Shown piece by piece: positions 41,293-55,154 of a stretch of 64,000 nucleotides of DNA (position 1 is the stretch's first letter; every line of letters starts with the position of its first letter). The notes below the pieces were generated by a model. That model searched no databases and was not told the origin of the DNA. It saw only the letters and a program-made list of their open reading frames with translations. This DNA is from the human T2T-CHM13v2.0 reference genome, Homo sapiens. The stretch lies in assembly GCF_009914755.1 (NCBI RefSeq), contig NC_060927.1, one strand, 5' to 3'. The translations under genes and the position numbers were made by a program.

Positions 41293-42939
41293 ACCCTTCA
41301 CAGCCCTATAAAACTGAAGACCATCTAGGAACTCTTGAACTGTTTCAAATTGTTTTCAAATGGGTCTGAATGCTGTTGAGAAATGCATAATTTACGACCT
41401 TAACACTTGATTAGGTGTTAAACGACTGTCGGGAGAGATGTCCTTGGTAATCCAGTTATCATCCAGACTCTAATTATCACTTCACAGGAGAAGTAAGGCT
41501 GGGTAATTGAGAACCAAAATTCTTAAAGGGCTAGAAGTGGCTATTTTCTTATGCAGTTAAGTAAATTATTTCTCTACCTAGAAGGTGTCTAATTGGTACC
41601 AATTGATGAGAAGGAAGACATGGTGTGACTTTCAGGAGTGATTTAGTCAGGGGGCTGCAGCCAAGGCAACAGAAAGTTATACTGACTACGAAGAGATGTT
41701 TCCCAGTTTAAAATTTTCACTTTATTTAAAATTGGTGTTAAAGGAGGGAGAGAAGGAGAAACTAGATGGCCAAGAGAAGACAGACTATAATTAAGAACAG
41801 ATGACCATACCTCTCCCCTGTCTGTCATTACTAAGGATTTTCCTCAGATGAGACCCCATTTCACCTGTGTTAGTTCCCATCAATCACTGTAAATTGTTTA
41901 AACCACAAATGCTGCACCAACTGTTAAACCAAGGATGGAAATAACGGGCCAAAATCTGCCGGAGAGAAGGGCCACTCTCACTGAATTCAGTAGGACGTAA
42001 GAGGTAACAGGTAAAGAGATTGCATTCTGAATCTTTTTCTTTGACTAGCTTTCTTCTCCCCTCCACCCCCAATCTTCTATGGGGCACTTTTATGTGCAGA
42101 AATGGCCACGCTAAGTGCTATGAATACAAAAATGGGAATATAAGACACCACCCTTGTCTTCAGCAGTTTCTGCTTGACACAGACACCGATGGATTGTGTT
42201 GGAGATTAGAGGAGACTAATAACCAATATCTCTATATTCTCCTAAATTAGGGATGAATTAATAGATAGATCCTAGAGAAGGGGGAAATCATATTGCCTAG
42301 ATTACTAATAAACTTGATTGGAGAATGTGTTAGATCTGTGGCCAAGTGGGTTTGCCTACTCACCAGTAAAATCAGCACTTACCTGCAGTCACTGGCACAG
42401 CTGGTCAACCGCAGGCATCCCCCATGATGCGGGAGTTGGGCACAATCCCCCAAGGCAGAGAGCAGAGTGGAATGCTTGTCCTCTGGACAGGCTGGCTCCA
42501 AAAGAGCCTCTCCTAACTCTCTGATCAGATAAGTCATGCCCGTCATGGAGGGGAGTGGGAGCTGGGGCCAGAGTGTCATTCCAGTTTCTACAAGAAAATG
42601 TGAGGCTCCTTCCTAAGAGAGAGGCCTGGAAAGGGATGTTAAGAGGGGGCTAGACTTGTAAGTGGTAAATTAAGTGCTTAATTCACTGTTTTTATGGGTT
42701 TTAGGTCAGAAGTGCAGTTCTATGCTACATTCTGAAAACTGGCTACATCCTTAAGAGTTTAGAGAACAGACTCAATACAATCCAGAGTCACCATCCTATT
42801 ATACCTGGGATGCAGAAAGTATATAGTCTATTTCTGATTGGTAGGTGTCAATATGGTGCAGCAAATGCTATGGTAAGCATAAAATGTTGGCTGATTTTAA
42901 GCTCATGTTTTCCAGTTTCTTCTGACCTTACTTTTTTTT

Positions 42940-43390
42940 GGATAGTATTTATTTTTGACTGATTACAAATGTAATACATGTTTATCAAAGAATAGTTGGA
43001 AAATGTACAAAGATAAAAAAGAAAATAAAAGTTACCTTTTATCCTACCAAAGATATCACTGATACTATATGAGTTCTTTAAAAAAATTTAAATTCTCTTT
43101 CTGTATATATGTACATACTATTTCCCTACAAAAATTTTCTCTTGTACTATATATGGAGTTTTATATTCTCATTTCCCCTTATATGCTGAATAATTTTCCA
43201 TGTCATCAAATAGATTTAAAAATATAATTTTAGTGGCTACGTAGCATTTCATTTAATTTGCTGCTTCTTAGATATTTGGGTTATTTCCAACTTCATTTTC
43301 TACAAAGAACTTTTTTATATGTAAATATTTGTTTTCTTCTCTGAATATTTCTTAGAGTAGAGTTGTTAGGGTTGAGAGTTTGAACACTTT
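42940..43390 (-). mobile_element. ancient L1M (L1MC/ME) 3' fragment
   Basis: GATTACAAATGTAATACATG...GATATTTGGGTTATTTCCAACTT. Confidence 0.6.
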
Positions 43391-43394
43391 AAAG

Positions 43395-43593
43395 CAGTGG
43401 TGTGCTGGTAAATGTTTAACAAAAATCTTACAGAAAAAAAAAAAAAAACCCACCCTGATTTGTAGCATTCGCCAGTTTCTAGAGTATAAGTATTCCAACC
43501 ATTGCTGATTTCAAGCTACCAATGGTTTAATGCCTGGCTTGGAAAATTCCTGATAATTAAATGATTGGTTCTCGCGAGCCAGCATATACCACT
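43395..43593. mobile_element. MER63A hAT-Blackjack MITE
   Basis: TIRs CAGTGGTGTGCTGG...CCAGCATATACCACTG. Confidence 0.8.
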
Positions 43594-44281
43594 GCAAGGC
43601 TCTGGATGCATATTTTGCTGTTTCTTTCCAGAAAGCTTGTACCTAATTATGTTCCTACCTGTAGCATGTGAGAGGGCTTAGATCCTGCTTCAAGGTCTGG
43701 GAGCCCAGGTAGACCAGCAGCTGAAGGGAGAGGTGAGTGAACTCAGAGTTCTTCCACTTGCATGAGGGATCCAGTACCCCTCCAGATGACGTCCAGGAGA
43801 AAGAACTTTTATTTCCAAAGAAAGAGTCCATACACATAAACGTTTTAAAGGGGAAAAAATTAAACTCTGAATTTGTTTTAGATTTTATATAAGACCAAGT
43901 CCAAATATTTGCTAACCAAAATAGTCTCTCTGTTACTTCTCTATCCTTCACGTTGATGCTACGCTATTAAATTTGACAGTTAATCATCTTGTAGATGCAG
44001 AGAAATATGGCATTATGGAACAGAAAGGGACCTTGTAATAACACTGAAGCATGGTAGTTCTCAAAGAGCTGTAGCCCTGGCTCAGCTACTAACTAACTCT
44101 GTGACCGTAAGTAGACCCTCTGTGTTTTCTGGTAATCCACTGTCTGAGAACTAACGTGAGCCTTAAAGTGTAGATCTAATTCTGCAGCTTCTCAATCTAG
44201 TATGCTCTTTGAATGGTTTCACATTATTGGCTTTAAGATAAAATCTTAAGTCCTTAATATGGTTTTTAATATTAGGTGATA

Positions 44282-44608
44282 ATGTGGAGAAGCTCTAAGG
44301 TAACCGCCAATGATCCTGACTTCTATTATCCGTGTCCTTGTCTAATCCCCTCCCCTGTGTGTGTGTGGGACCTGCAACTTGCTTCTAACCAATAGAATAT
44401 GGCAGATGGTGGGCTGTCACTCCAGTGTTTATGCTACCTTCGTTAAACTCCACCTCTTAATTGCAGCCTGGTGAGAAGCTGAAGCAGGGAGCCCAGCTGA
44501 GCATGCCCTGGACTCCCCGCCCACAGAATTGGGAGATGATAAATATATGTTATTTTAAGCAGCTAAGTTTGTGGTGATGTGTCACATCGCAATAGAAAAC
44601 TGGTTACA
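44282..44608 (+). mobile_element. MLT1E-like MaLR LTR (internally deleted)
   Basis: ACTTGCTTCTAACCAATAGAATATGGCA...TTTTAAGCAGCTAAGTTTGTGG...GCAATAGAAAACT. Confidence 0.7.
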
Positions 44609-45214
44609 AAGGCTTCCACAAGGTCCTGCCTGCCTGCCTCTTCTAGCCCATGGCAAATGCTGGTGTTCTCTGCGTGCCCCTCCGAGCCCTTTTGCATGTT
44701 TCTCCCTTCTGCTCTGGGCCTCAGAAGCCTGACTTCCTGGGAAGCATCACCTGTGCTTCCTTGACCTCTGGCTTTTCATTGTCACTGAAATGAGTTTGGA
44801 AAACCTCTCCCTGCCAGGTTGTAGGTTGGAAAGATCTACCTTTCCCTACCAAGGGTCACTGCTCCCATGAGGCGGCTTTGTCCTGGGGCTCCAGCTCTCT
44901 CTGGTTTTCCTTTCTGATCTCTTCCCATGCCCCTGAGTTTTAGGGCAGGTAGAGTCTCCTTTGTTGCTAGCCTTTGATGTTTTAGCATCTCTTCCTTGGT
45001 TCATTTCCCTTATCTCTGCCTAAAGATTTGTGAATAGTCACTTCATTAAACTTTTCAAAATTATATGGCTTAAGTGTATCATCGTTTGTTGCTGGGATCC
45101 TGAATAATATAAGGCATTATTTTGATTCCAAAATTTTATACCAGGGGCTTCCCACATGCTGTTCCCATGCCTAGAAGACCACTTCCCCAGCCTCTGGTCT
45201 CCAACTTTACCTAG

Positions 45215-45405
45215 CTCAGTAGGTCTCAACATGCAGCCCCCAAAACTGCAGCAACAGTATCAACCTGGGAACTTGTTAGAGATGCAAATTCTCAGGTCCC
45301 AGCCCACACCTACTGAATCAGAAACTCTGAGGCTGAACCCAGCAATCTGTGTTTTAACAAACCTTCCAGGTGATTCTGAGGCATCCTGAAGTTTGAGAAC
45401 CACTA
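45215..45405. mobile_element. MER5A1-like MITE
   Basis: CCTGGGAACTTGTTAGAGATGCAAATTCTCAGG...CCTACTGAATCAGAAACTCTG...AAGTTTGAGAACCAC. Confidence 0.8.
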
Positions 45406-46849
45406 AAAGAGTTTGCACTATTATCTTCTCCAAGTCCTAGCTTAAACTCTTAGACTTCGTTTGTTCCCTTTGTTACATTTCTCACAGCTCTGCCTGTCTC
45501 TACTTGTAGTACGCATATTACTTATAGTGATTTGATCAAAGTTGATTTCTCCTAGCATCCTATGAGCCTAGCATTTATGTCTGCTTTGTTCATGTTAAAA
45601 TCATTCCTATCCTATCCGGTGCCTAACCTACAGTGGTTATGCAATAATATTTCTTTAAAAAGTAGATTGAATAAACCATTTGGGCCTCAATTTACTTATT
45701 CATGTAAAGATGATATTGGCTGCCTCACACATTAAATGATAAACTTTGTTCAAGGTAGCTTGGTTAAGTTGTAGAGTTTGGCTCTGGGCAATAATTCTGG
45801 TTTGGAAATATCTATATTGCATGGGTTAATTCTTATTCTTTACAACCATTTTTATCCAAACTCACAAAGTTGCAGATTTACAAAAATAAGTTACATAACA
45901 TAGTTCACTTTATAAATAACTCAGAGCGTGGTTTGAATGGATTCCTTTCAAAGTCCTATCTAAATAATCTAAAAAATAATATTCTATCAGCTCAAACCAC
46001 TTAATCAGGTCTATGTTAATCTCACATTCTTGATACGTCCATCAATCCATTCATCCATCTACCCATTCAATATTTACACCTTTCAACAAATATTTACTGT
46101 GTCAGCAACAGTGCTCTGGACATGGAATAGCATTTTACAACATTGCAGGTACAAATGGTTAGAACTGTTTTTTAAACCATAAACTGTAGCCTAATTTCAT
46201 GGATTTAATGACAGTCCCCACTGTCATTATCCAAGACAAATTTGCTGGACTTGAAGAGGTCTTGTTCCTGAAAGATTTCCTTGGGCTTACAATACACAGA
46301 AGGAAATGGGAGTCATGGATGTTTGAGCAGAGGCATGACAGAAACAAACACATTTTACAAGGATTGTCCCAGCTCCTCTGTGCAGTAGGGTGAGGGGGGA
46401 CGAGAGCAGAGGCAAGGAGACCTGCTACAAGGTGACTGCAGTGATTCAGGCAGAGATTATAGTGGCTGGAGCCAGCATGGCAGCCCCACAAGTGGAGGTG
46501 TATTCAGCTTCTAGATATATTTTGAAGGTAGAGCTGTTGAACTTTGCTGGCAGATGTGGTCTGGGGGCAGAGAGAGATAGAAATAAGTCAAGATTTTTGG
46601 CCTGTGCAATTGTTAGGATGGGGTTGCTGTTTAGTGAGATGGGGAAAACTGCTAGAGAAGAAGGGTCTGAGCAGGGGATCAAGAAGCATGGAACACTCCA
46701 ATTATGAATCATAAGCAGGAGCTGATTGAACACATGGCACTAAGTTTAACAAATACCTTGAATTTTGGCTTTGATTTGATTGTGGTTGGAGACAAAGAGC
46801 ATCCCATGGTTTTGTCCCTTACCTGTGTATGCTGAGGTCAGTGTGCTTC

Positions 46850-47332
46850 TGTCACCCAGTGTGGATTAGATCCTGTGCTGGTCCTTGACTCAGATTTACT
46901 CTTTGCCTTTGTCCTGCTCTGCCCTGTATCACAGATGAGCTGATAACTACAGACTGTGTTTTCTAGGCTCTCTGGTCTGGGGCTTTTGGCTGTGGTGGCT
47001 GCTAGGAGGCCCTTGCAAGAGACTAGAGTGTGGGAGGAAGGGGAAAGCCAAGATATTTCTCCTCCTTTCTATACCTCCTGCAGCGTTACTAGCGGGGCCT
47101 GAGCATCCTCTGTGGCACCACCTCTCACTGGTCAGGTCCTTTGCGGTTCTGGTATCTCCCCCTTCAGCCCTGGGCTCCAGGAATACCTCCTCCCTTTGAA
47201 CCTCCTGACTAAGGGATTCTCCAGCTTCACGCAGTTGCTAATTTCTGGGTTGCCATCCTATCCCTGTTTGACTTCTCAGTTGAGTGTCTAGAGTGGTTTC
47301 TATTTTCATGGTTGGCTCCCACAGACTAAGAC
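46850..47332 (+). mobile_element. LTR33-family ERVL LTR
   Basis: GGGAGGAAGGGGAAAGCCAAGATATTTCTCC...GAGTGGTTTCTATTTTC...GACTAAGAC. Confidence 0.5.
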
Positions 47333-49274
47333 TCCTGTAGCAAAACAAAGAGAGGCTCTGAGGCAATTATTTGGTGCATTAATTATTTCAAGGGAATCTG
47401 GGTGCTTCTCTATACTTGCCATGTCTGTGACTTTACTATCCATCTGGGTGAGACAGGCGGTGGGCTTTATATTAATCTAACTTTCATGCATTTTGATTCA
47501 CTATTCAGGAGCAAAAGGGTTGATAGTAATTTTAGAAGAAAACTCTTTCTATGATGCTTGGATTTCTTCTCTGCTGTTCCACCCCACTTGGATACTCTTA
47601 ATGAGAAACACATTAATTTCCAAAGTTTGCCATGTTATCTTTCAGTAGTTCTGTTTCAAATTTTAATTTTTTGATAATACTTGATGGTGTACAACTCAAC
47701 TCAAACTGGCCGAAAGAAGAAAATAGCATTTATTAGAGGTTTCAATTGATCATTCCAGAGGCGATGATTCAGATGAGAACTTACACTGGGCTCAAATAGT
47801 GCATCTATCAGTTTTGTTTTATAGTTACACAGCAGATGAGATACACTGATTGGCTTAAGCAAACACATGGCTGGATACAACTGGGAATGGGATCAATCCC
47901 GCCCAAACCACATGCCTCAAAAATTCAGAGTGAAATTAGGAAAGGAGAAAGGGAAAATAGGTTCTAGGAAGCACTGCAAAAAAAAAAAAAAAATGTTCAC
48001 CATGGAAGGCTAGGACAAAAGATCAGACAAGGGTCTGTTGCTATTTCATCCATGTTATTTCATCCAGGATTCTTCAAGGTTTACACTGGATAAATTAAAG
48101 TTTACAGGGTGCCTTAACAACTCACAGGGAACCACAACTCCAAAATTTTGCAAGTAAAATGATAGATTCTAAGTATTATAAGGAGGTAAACTTTTCATTT
48201 CCAAAACTCTTTGTGCAGCAATGAAACTATTCTTTATTCAATTATAAACCAATAAACAATACATGTAAAGGCATACATGTTTGAAGGAGAAGACAAAAAG
48301 AAAGAAGAAGAAAGGATGATTTGATTTAAAAATTTCGGTTTTTGATATAGTAAAAACACATCAGAAAATGAGCCATTCCCCAGAACAATATACAATTAGA
48401 ACAGAAACTATCACACCCAAATTTGGAAGAAAAGGCTGTCAAAAAAAAAAAAAAAAAAAACGCATTGAAACTCCACGAGAAATGCAGCCAAAATTTCATT
48501 TGACAATTCTGTTGCTTTATTTTATTTTGCAAAATGGTAACTGTGGCAACTGAAATATGCTTTAAAGGTCTATACCACCGTATACACCTCAATTTGTGGC
48601 AGGTTGTTTATTTGCTATTCTTTTTCATATAGGCCAATGAGCAGTTACATTGAACAAAGCTTTCCTCCTCCCCCCCTCCTTCCTATTTCTCTTTTTCTTT
48701 TGGTTTGGCAGGTGCCTAGATTTTTATTTTTGTGCAGGACAATGAAATGGCAGATGATCTGGTAAAAGCAACAGCAAGAGAAAAATCCCACATACCACTG
48801 TAGCTTAAAAAAAAAATGAACAATGATTCACTTAATCCTATTCTTACTATTAAATCATAACTAACTATTTATAAACTTAAGAAGAAAGTATGGAAGTCTT
48901 AATGAGTATGGTTGATTGGTATAACAGGGAGTAGAACTAGACAGTATTCCTTATTTTATTTTATTTTGGCATGTGTATTTTTTATCTTTTTTGCCAAAGT
49001 AAATGCTTTGCTTTTAAGCCTCAGTAGACTATTGGAGGTTTGAAAGAGCTATTGTTCTGAAAGAGCTTGCCTGTTGAGGTTGCTTTTTATGCTAATCACT
49101 TATACTAAATAATTCTGGGATGGCTTTTTTTTAAATTATACTTTTATTAAGCTGACTTGAAAACCACAACTGCAATAACCATAAAAATACACAAAACAGA
49201 GATCCACCAAAGCTGTTGTGAGACTCAAGTCCAGGCTGGTTCTATAGCATAATGACTGGGGGAAATGCTTCATT

Positions 49275-49730
49275 TAGCTACTGTAGTGCAGCAAATATCT
49301 GTAGTGGCTAAAACTACATTTATTACTCCTTGTAAGTCTGTGTGTTTGCGGGGTAGATTAACTGATACAGGCTGGGCTTGACCAATCTCAATCTCAATGA
49401 GCTTGTTCATGTCCTGTGGTCAGTGGGGGATTGGCTAGTCTAGGATGGTCATGGCTGGGAGATATCATCTTGGCTTCTTGTGGTCTCTTCTCCTTCCAGT
49501 TCAGTCTGGATGTGTTCACATGGTGATGGCCGGGTTCCAAGAGAGTAGAAGCATGGAAATTCTCTTGAGGCCTGGAATCTAAACTGGAACATTACCACTT
49601 TGACCTCATTCTATTGGCAAACACTATCCGGATTTAAGAGGTGAGAAATGGCTCTCAGTAAGGGGGAAAAACCAACTCCCACTGAATATAGGAGAAAAAA
49701 AATTGGGGCCGTTTTTGTATCCATCTATCA
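49275..49730 (-). mobile_element. MLT1-family MaLR LTR
   Basis: GTTCACATGGTGATGGC...CTCTTGAGGCCTGGAATCTAAACTGGAACA...CACTTTGACCTCATTCTATTGGC. Confidence 0.6.
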
Positions 49731-50556
49731 CAGACAACTCAAGTAAGCTCAGCCTACATGGTAAACACCTTATTTTTAGGGGGGAGAGTAATTTAAAAAT
49801 AAACATTATGTGTGAAAGAAGTTCCCGTACCCAATTTAGAAACAATCTGGTTTATTAAAATAGAAACATCCCCCCGCAAAAATCCTTTTTTAGTTTTCTC
49901 ATTTCTACCATTTGTTGACTTTTCCACTAAACGTAGAGGAGAAAGTTTCATCTTTAACTTCCTTTTTTTTTTTTTTAATGCTTGGATTACTTTGGCCTTA
50001 GCTTATCGATATATCACTGTAGAGTTTAGGCTTTTAATACCGTGAAAATTTTTTCTATTCTTCCAAGTTTGTTTTTAGGTATCTTAAAGTTAATTGCGAT
50101 CCATAGCAGAGCACATGAACTTGTTTTGTGTAAAAAAGTATGATTTACTTATTCACTTCTTAAAGAAATACCAGTTGAGTGAGTGCCTCCTGGGTATCAG
50201 AAGCTGGGCTGGGTGCTCAGGATACAGTGGACACAAGACAGACACTATCCCTGCTTTCACAGAGCTTACATTCCACTGGGGCAATGGACAAGAAGTAAGC
50301 AAACAATGACTGATTGTGTTAAATGCCAAGAAGGATGTAACAGGGCATTGGAGGGATGGATTGAGGGAGAGCTTCCTTTAAACAGATAGCTTCACTTCCG
50401 TTTACAAGAGAGAGAAGGGGGTGAAAATGAATCAGAGGCCATCTTAAGAAAAAGAAGTCACCTGTGCAAAGGACCAGGGGAAGAGAGTTTCACAGGAGAA
50501 CTGACTTTGATGAGGCCTCATGACACCTCCATGGAGTGTTTTAGGACAGAAGCCCA

Positions 50557-51000
50557 GTGTAGCAGGCACTGTCATGGCTCTGCCCATATCCCTTCAGATT
50601 TATTAGCATCTGGTATCTTTCCCTCCCAGTGGCAGCATCTGCATTGCCTTGTTGGAGAGCTGCCTTCAGAGTGCCAGAATTCACTTTGCCTGCAAATCCT
50701 GAGAGTTAGAAGCTTTCGGAATGTATATCCCTCAGGGAAGCCCCTTCCCAATGACTGATGGGTGTGGAGGTACAAATTCTCCATCTCCCTTGCTCCCAGT
50801 GAGGGTCACCTTCCCAGAGATTCTCTGTGGAATTGAGCTGAAGATGTCCTCTTTGGGACTTTGCTTGATTTTTCATCTCAGTTGGTTTCCTTCCCTTTCT
50901 GGTTCCACTTCCTCGTTCCCCTATTGTTTTTTTCTGGAAGCTTTCCACATAAATGACTCTTACATGAATTTTTGTCACTGGAAATGATTCTGGGATACCA
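50557..51000 (+). mobile_element. LTR16A-like ERVL LTR
   Basis: CCCTCAGGGAAGCCCTTCCCAATGACTGATGGGTGTGGAGGTACAAAT...CCCAGAGATTCTCTGTGGAATTGAGCT. Confidence 0.65.
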
Positions 51001-51147
51001 AACCCTGGGCAGTTAATAACACAGGAGCATAGTGAGCAAAGAAGGAGGCAGGAGATATGCTTTCAGAGCAGACAGATCAGGCAAGGTTTTGCAGCCCTCA
51101 GGGCAAGCATCAGAAAGACATGACCTAACTTTCTTTTAAAAAAGATC

Positions 51148-51459
51148 GGCCAGGTGCGATGATTCACCCCTGTAATCCCAGCACTTTGGGAGGCCTAGGA
51201 GGGCAGATCACCTGAGGTCAGGAGTTCAAGACCAGCCTGGCCAACATGGCAAAAACCCCATCTCTACTAAAAAATACAAAAATTAGCCAGGCGTGGTGGC
51301 AGGCACCTGTAATTCCAGCTACTCAGGAGGCTGAGGCAGGGAGAATTGCTTGAACCTGGGAGTTGGAAGTTGTAGTGAGCCAAGATCACGCCACTGCACT
51401 CCAGCCTGGGGGATGTCATCTTGGGGAAAAAAAAAAAAAACAAAAAGGAAAAAAAAAAA
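51148..51459 (+). mobile_element. AluS SINE
   Basis: GGCCAGGTGCG...A-tail; degenerate TSD AAAAAAGATC/AAAAAAAATC. Confidence 0.95.
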
Positions 51460-52727
51460 TCATGGTTTGCCAGAGTGGCAATAACTGGAGAGAGAATTGG
51501 TTGGAGACAGGCCAGTTATCTTTCCCTGTGCTGACATCTCTACCAATTTCTTTTTATCTTTTCAAGTAGAAAATGATCTACTTCTTGGCTATGTCTCAAA
51601 GATGGTGTGAAGGTAAAACAATGATTTCCATAAACTTCTTAGAGCTCTCTGGAAAAGAAATGCCCAATAAAAGCTGAGATTATTATTGATGAAAATAAAA
51701 GTAAAAATAGCAATGCAACTTATAACCAGCATCTGGAGAATTTTCATACATTAATGGAAATATTAAGTGTTATATTAAAGACTAGAACAACTGTTTCTAG
51801 GTTTCTCTTTTGTTCCTACTATTGCTGCTCCTTTGAGTGTTTATAGAACCAAAATAGCTGATGCAAATATTTGTGCCCCAACCTGGTTCTCCCTGGAGTA
51901 CAGATGAGGGTCTTTTGAAAAATGGCAGTAGTGAAAGCAACATTTCTGGTTTTCTTCTTGGAAGGAGGAGAAAGGATAGCTTATTCTGAAATTAAGCAAC
52001 AACAACAACAAACTGTTATGTAAATGGAGATAAAACTGTTGTTGAAAAATATTGGCTTATATTCTAGATAAATACATACGCCCACATAATCCCATACAGG
52101 GCAAATAAGTATGTGTGTCTCTGTGTGTGTGATGTGTGCATGCATGCATGCATGCTTGGTAGACTTTATCTGCTCACTGAATACTTTTTCCAACCCAATG
52201 TATGGAAAGTGACAGATGGATCAGCAATGGCTGAGAAGCAGTTACACATATCTGGCCAGCATGGTTTTGATTGTATGTTGGGTTGTCAGCCAGCTACACA
52301 CCAGAACTATTATTTTAGGCGGCTGGAAGAGAATTATTCAATGTCAATGGGAAGAGAGAGATACAGAAAATGAAATAGACACTCTGTGTTTTCAATAAGG
52401 CATCAGTTTGTTTGAAGCCACATCTAACTGTCTGAATTCATATGAGAACTTACTAAAAGCAATGCACTTTAGTATTCAGGCTCAATTGTTATTCAATTGT
52501 TCTATATCTGAGTTTTCTACAAAATCTCATAGCTGAAATAATATGTGATAAATGATGGTCTTGGGATTGTATGTCCTCATCTTCCAATAACCCTGTAAAT
52601 TCTTCTTATCTCTATGGTTTTCTGAACCACACAAAAGGTATAATCTCAGAAGCAGTAGAAAATGATTGACCTCTTGAATGTCAGAAGAACAATTATTTAG
52701 GCTTAGCGCCTGAAAAGACACATACCC

Positions 52728-53028
52728 TCCAGGCGCAGTGGCTCACGCATGTAATCCCAGCATTTGGAGGCTGAGGGGGGCGGATCACCTGAGGTCAGGA
52801 GTTAGAGACCAGCCTGGTCAACATGGTGAAACACTGTCTCTACTAATAACAGAAAATTAGCCAGGTGTGGCGGCACGTGCCTGTAATCCCAGCCACTCCA
52901 GAGGCTGAGGCAGGAGAATCATTTCACAGGAACCTGGTACGCAGAGGTTGCCGTGAGGCTGAGATTGCACCACTGCACTCCAGCCTGGTGACACAGCCAG
53001 ACTCCGTCTCAAAAAAAAAAAAAAAAAA
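52728..53028 (+). mobile_element. AluS SINE
   Basis: Dimeric Alu with A-tail; TSD AAAAGACACATACC/AAAAGATACATACC. Confidence 0.95.
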
Positions 53029-53786
53029 GATACATACCTCAGTGAGACCAGCAAGTCAAAGAGGTCTGTGGGAAAAACGTGGAAATGTTTGCATTTCTAC
53101 TTCTGCATATTCTGATACTTTGCCGTATGTGCTTTAAAATACTTATGCTTGACAAAAGATGTCAAAATTATCCCAATCTAGTGCAGTCTAGACTCTACCA
53201 TGATGAGGATATTGTATTAAGTCACTTGCTTTTTGTTTTTTTTTCAGTCTCCAGATTGAATAGGCAGACTGCCCAAATCTCCCTTTCTTTCATTTTTTCA
53301 CTCTCTCTGTCAGAAGAAGGGGGCATTATAGGACAGTATTATTAGGCTAGATCTTTGCCTTGTTTTAGTGTCTTATCCACTGGCCCCTTCATAGGGTTGG
53401 GAAATGGTTTCATAAGATAGTAGAAAGGGTGGCATAGGTACTTGCAGTATGGCTAACAGTTGTTCACCATGTAGCTTTAGATATCTTAGACCCAGTTCCC
53501 AGCTGTGTCTGCCTTAGTCACTCTGGTCCTCGTCTTCCTCAGTATCTCCTCTATGAGGTGGGCATCCATGCAATTCACTCCAATTGCTTGTACATTCTTA
53601 CATTAAGTTTTGGGGGATCACTTCTTCTTTTAAATGTTTAGTTTTTTAAAAAAAATTACACAATATAATGTTTCCACTGTAGAAAAACATGTTTTAGAAT
53701 ATGTTAAGTGCTTAATAAATATGGTTTGAATGAATGAATGAATTGAAAATAACAAGAAAATATAATACAAAAGAAGAAGAAATTAA

Positions 53787-54243
<457 letters not shown>

Positions 54244-54829
54244 CATAATAGATAGTCTTATGCATCATACATTTAATGGCTACATAATAATCCATTTTAT
54301 AGAATATTACCATAAATTCTTTAAGTTCCTATTATTTAACATTGACAATAACAATGTCACTGTTTGACATTTCTATTGTGTATTTCCAGTTTTTTCCCTT
54401 TGTAAATAATAAGGTAAAAAACATCCTTGATGTTGTTTAATTTTTGCACACAATTTTAGTTATTTTGTTAGGATAAATTCCCAGAAATGAAGAATTTGGG
54501 CCACATAATATGTGTATTTTAATACCTATTGACAAATCATCCAGGGAAGAGTCCCTTTGCCTGATCCCTAAGGTTGATCCGTTTGCTACTGGAACTCTGA
54601 ATCAAAATCTACTTCAGAGAGTCTAGGCCCTTAGTTAGGACCTGTGACTTGTACAGCAGATTATTATCAATATGTATTTACTGAACCGAGTAATTTGAAT
54701 AGCCCTTTCTTATGGCTTCAGTTCTTTCTCATGAACTGAATTCCCTTGTGCAACTAAGAAACAAATAAACAGGAATAACCCCATGTTATCTCTGAATCCT
54801 TAAATGAAGATCAATTCATTTATCTAGGC

Positions 54830-55154
54830 CAGTGGTTAGCAAACTATATAGCTCATAGTTCAAATACAGCCTGTTTTTATATGGCTCAGGATCTAAGAAG
54901 TATTCTTACCAAATTTGTAAATAGTTGAAAAGGGATCAAAAGATGAATAATATTTCTGAAGTGAAAATTATATAAAACTTAATTTCAGAGTTCATAAATA
55001 AAGTTTTATTGGAATACAGCCAGCCATTTATTTATGTCTTATCTATTGCTATTTTGCACTAAAATGGCACAGGTAAGTAGTTGTGACCATAAAGTCTGCA
55101 AAAACTAAAATATCTACTGTTTGGCCCTTTACAGGAAAAGCTTGCTGAACCCTG
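54830..55154. mobile_element. MER58B hAT-Charlie MITE with TSD ATCTAGGC/ATCTAGAC
   Basis: CAGTGGTTAGCAAACTA...ATAAATAAAGTTTTATTGGAATACAGCC...CTTGCTGAACCCTG. Confidence 0.85.

Noticed and set aside
52110-52156. (TG)n and (ATGC)n palindromic run; similar TA/TG run at ~59500-59533
   Set aside because: Short, ordinary microsatellites.
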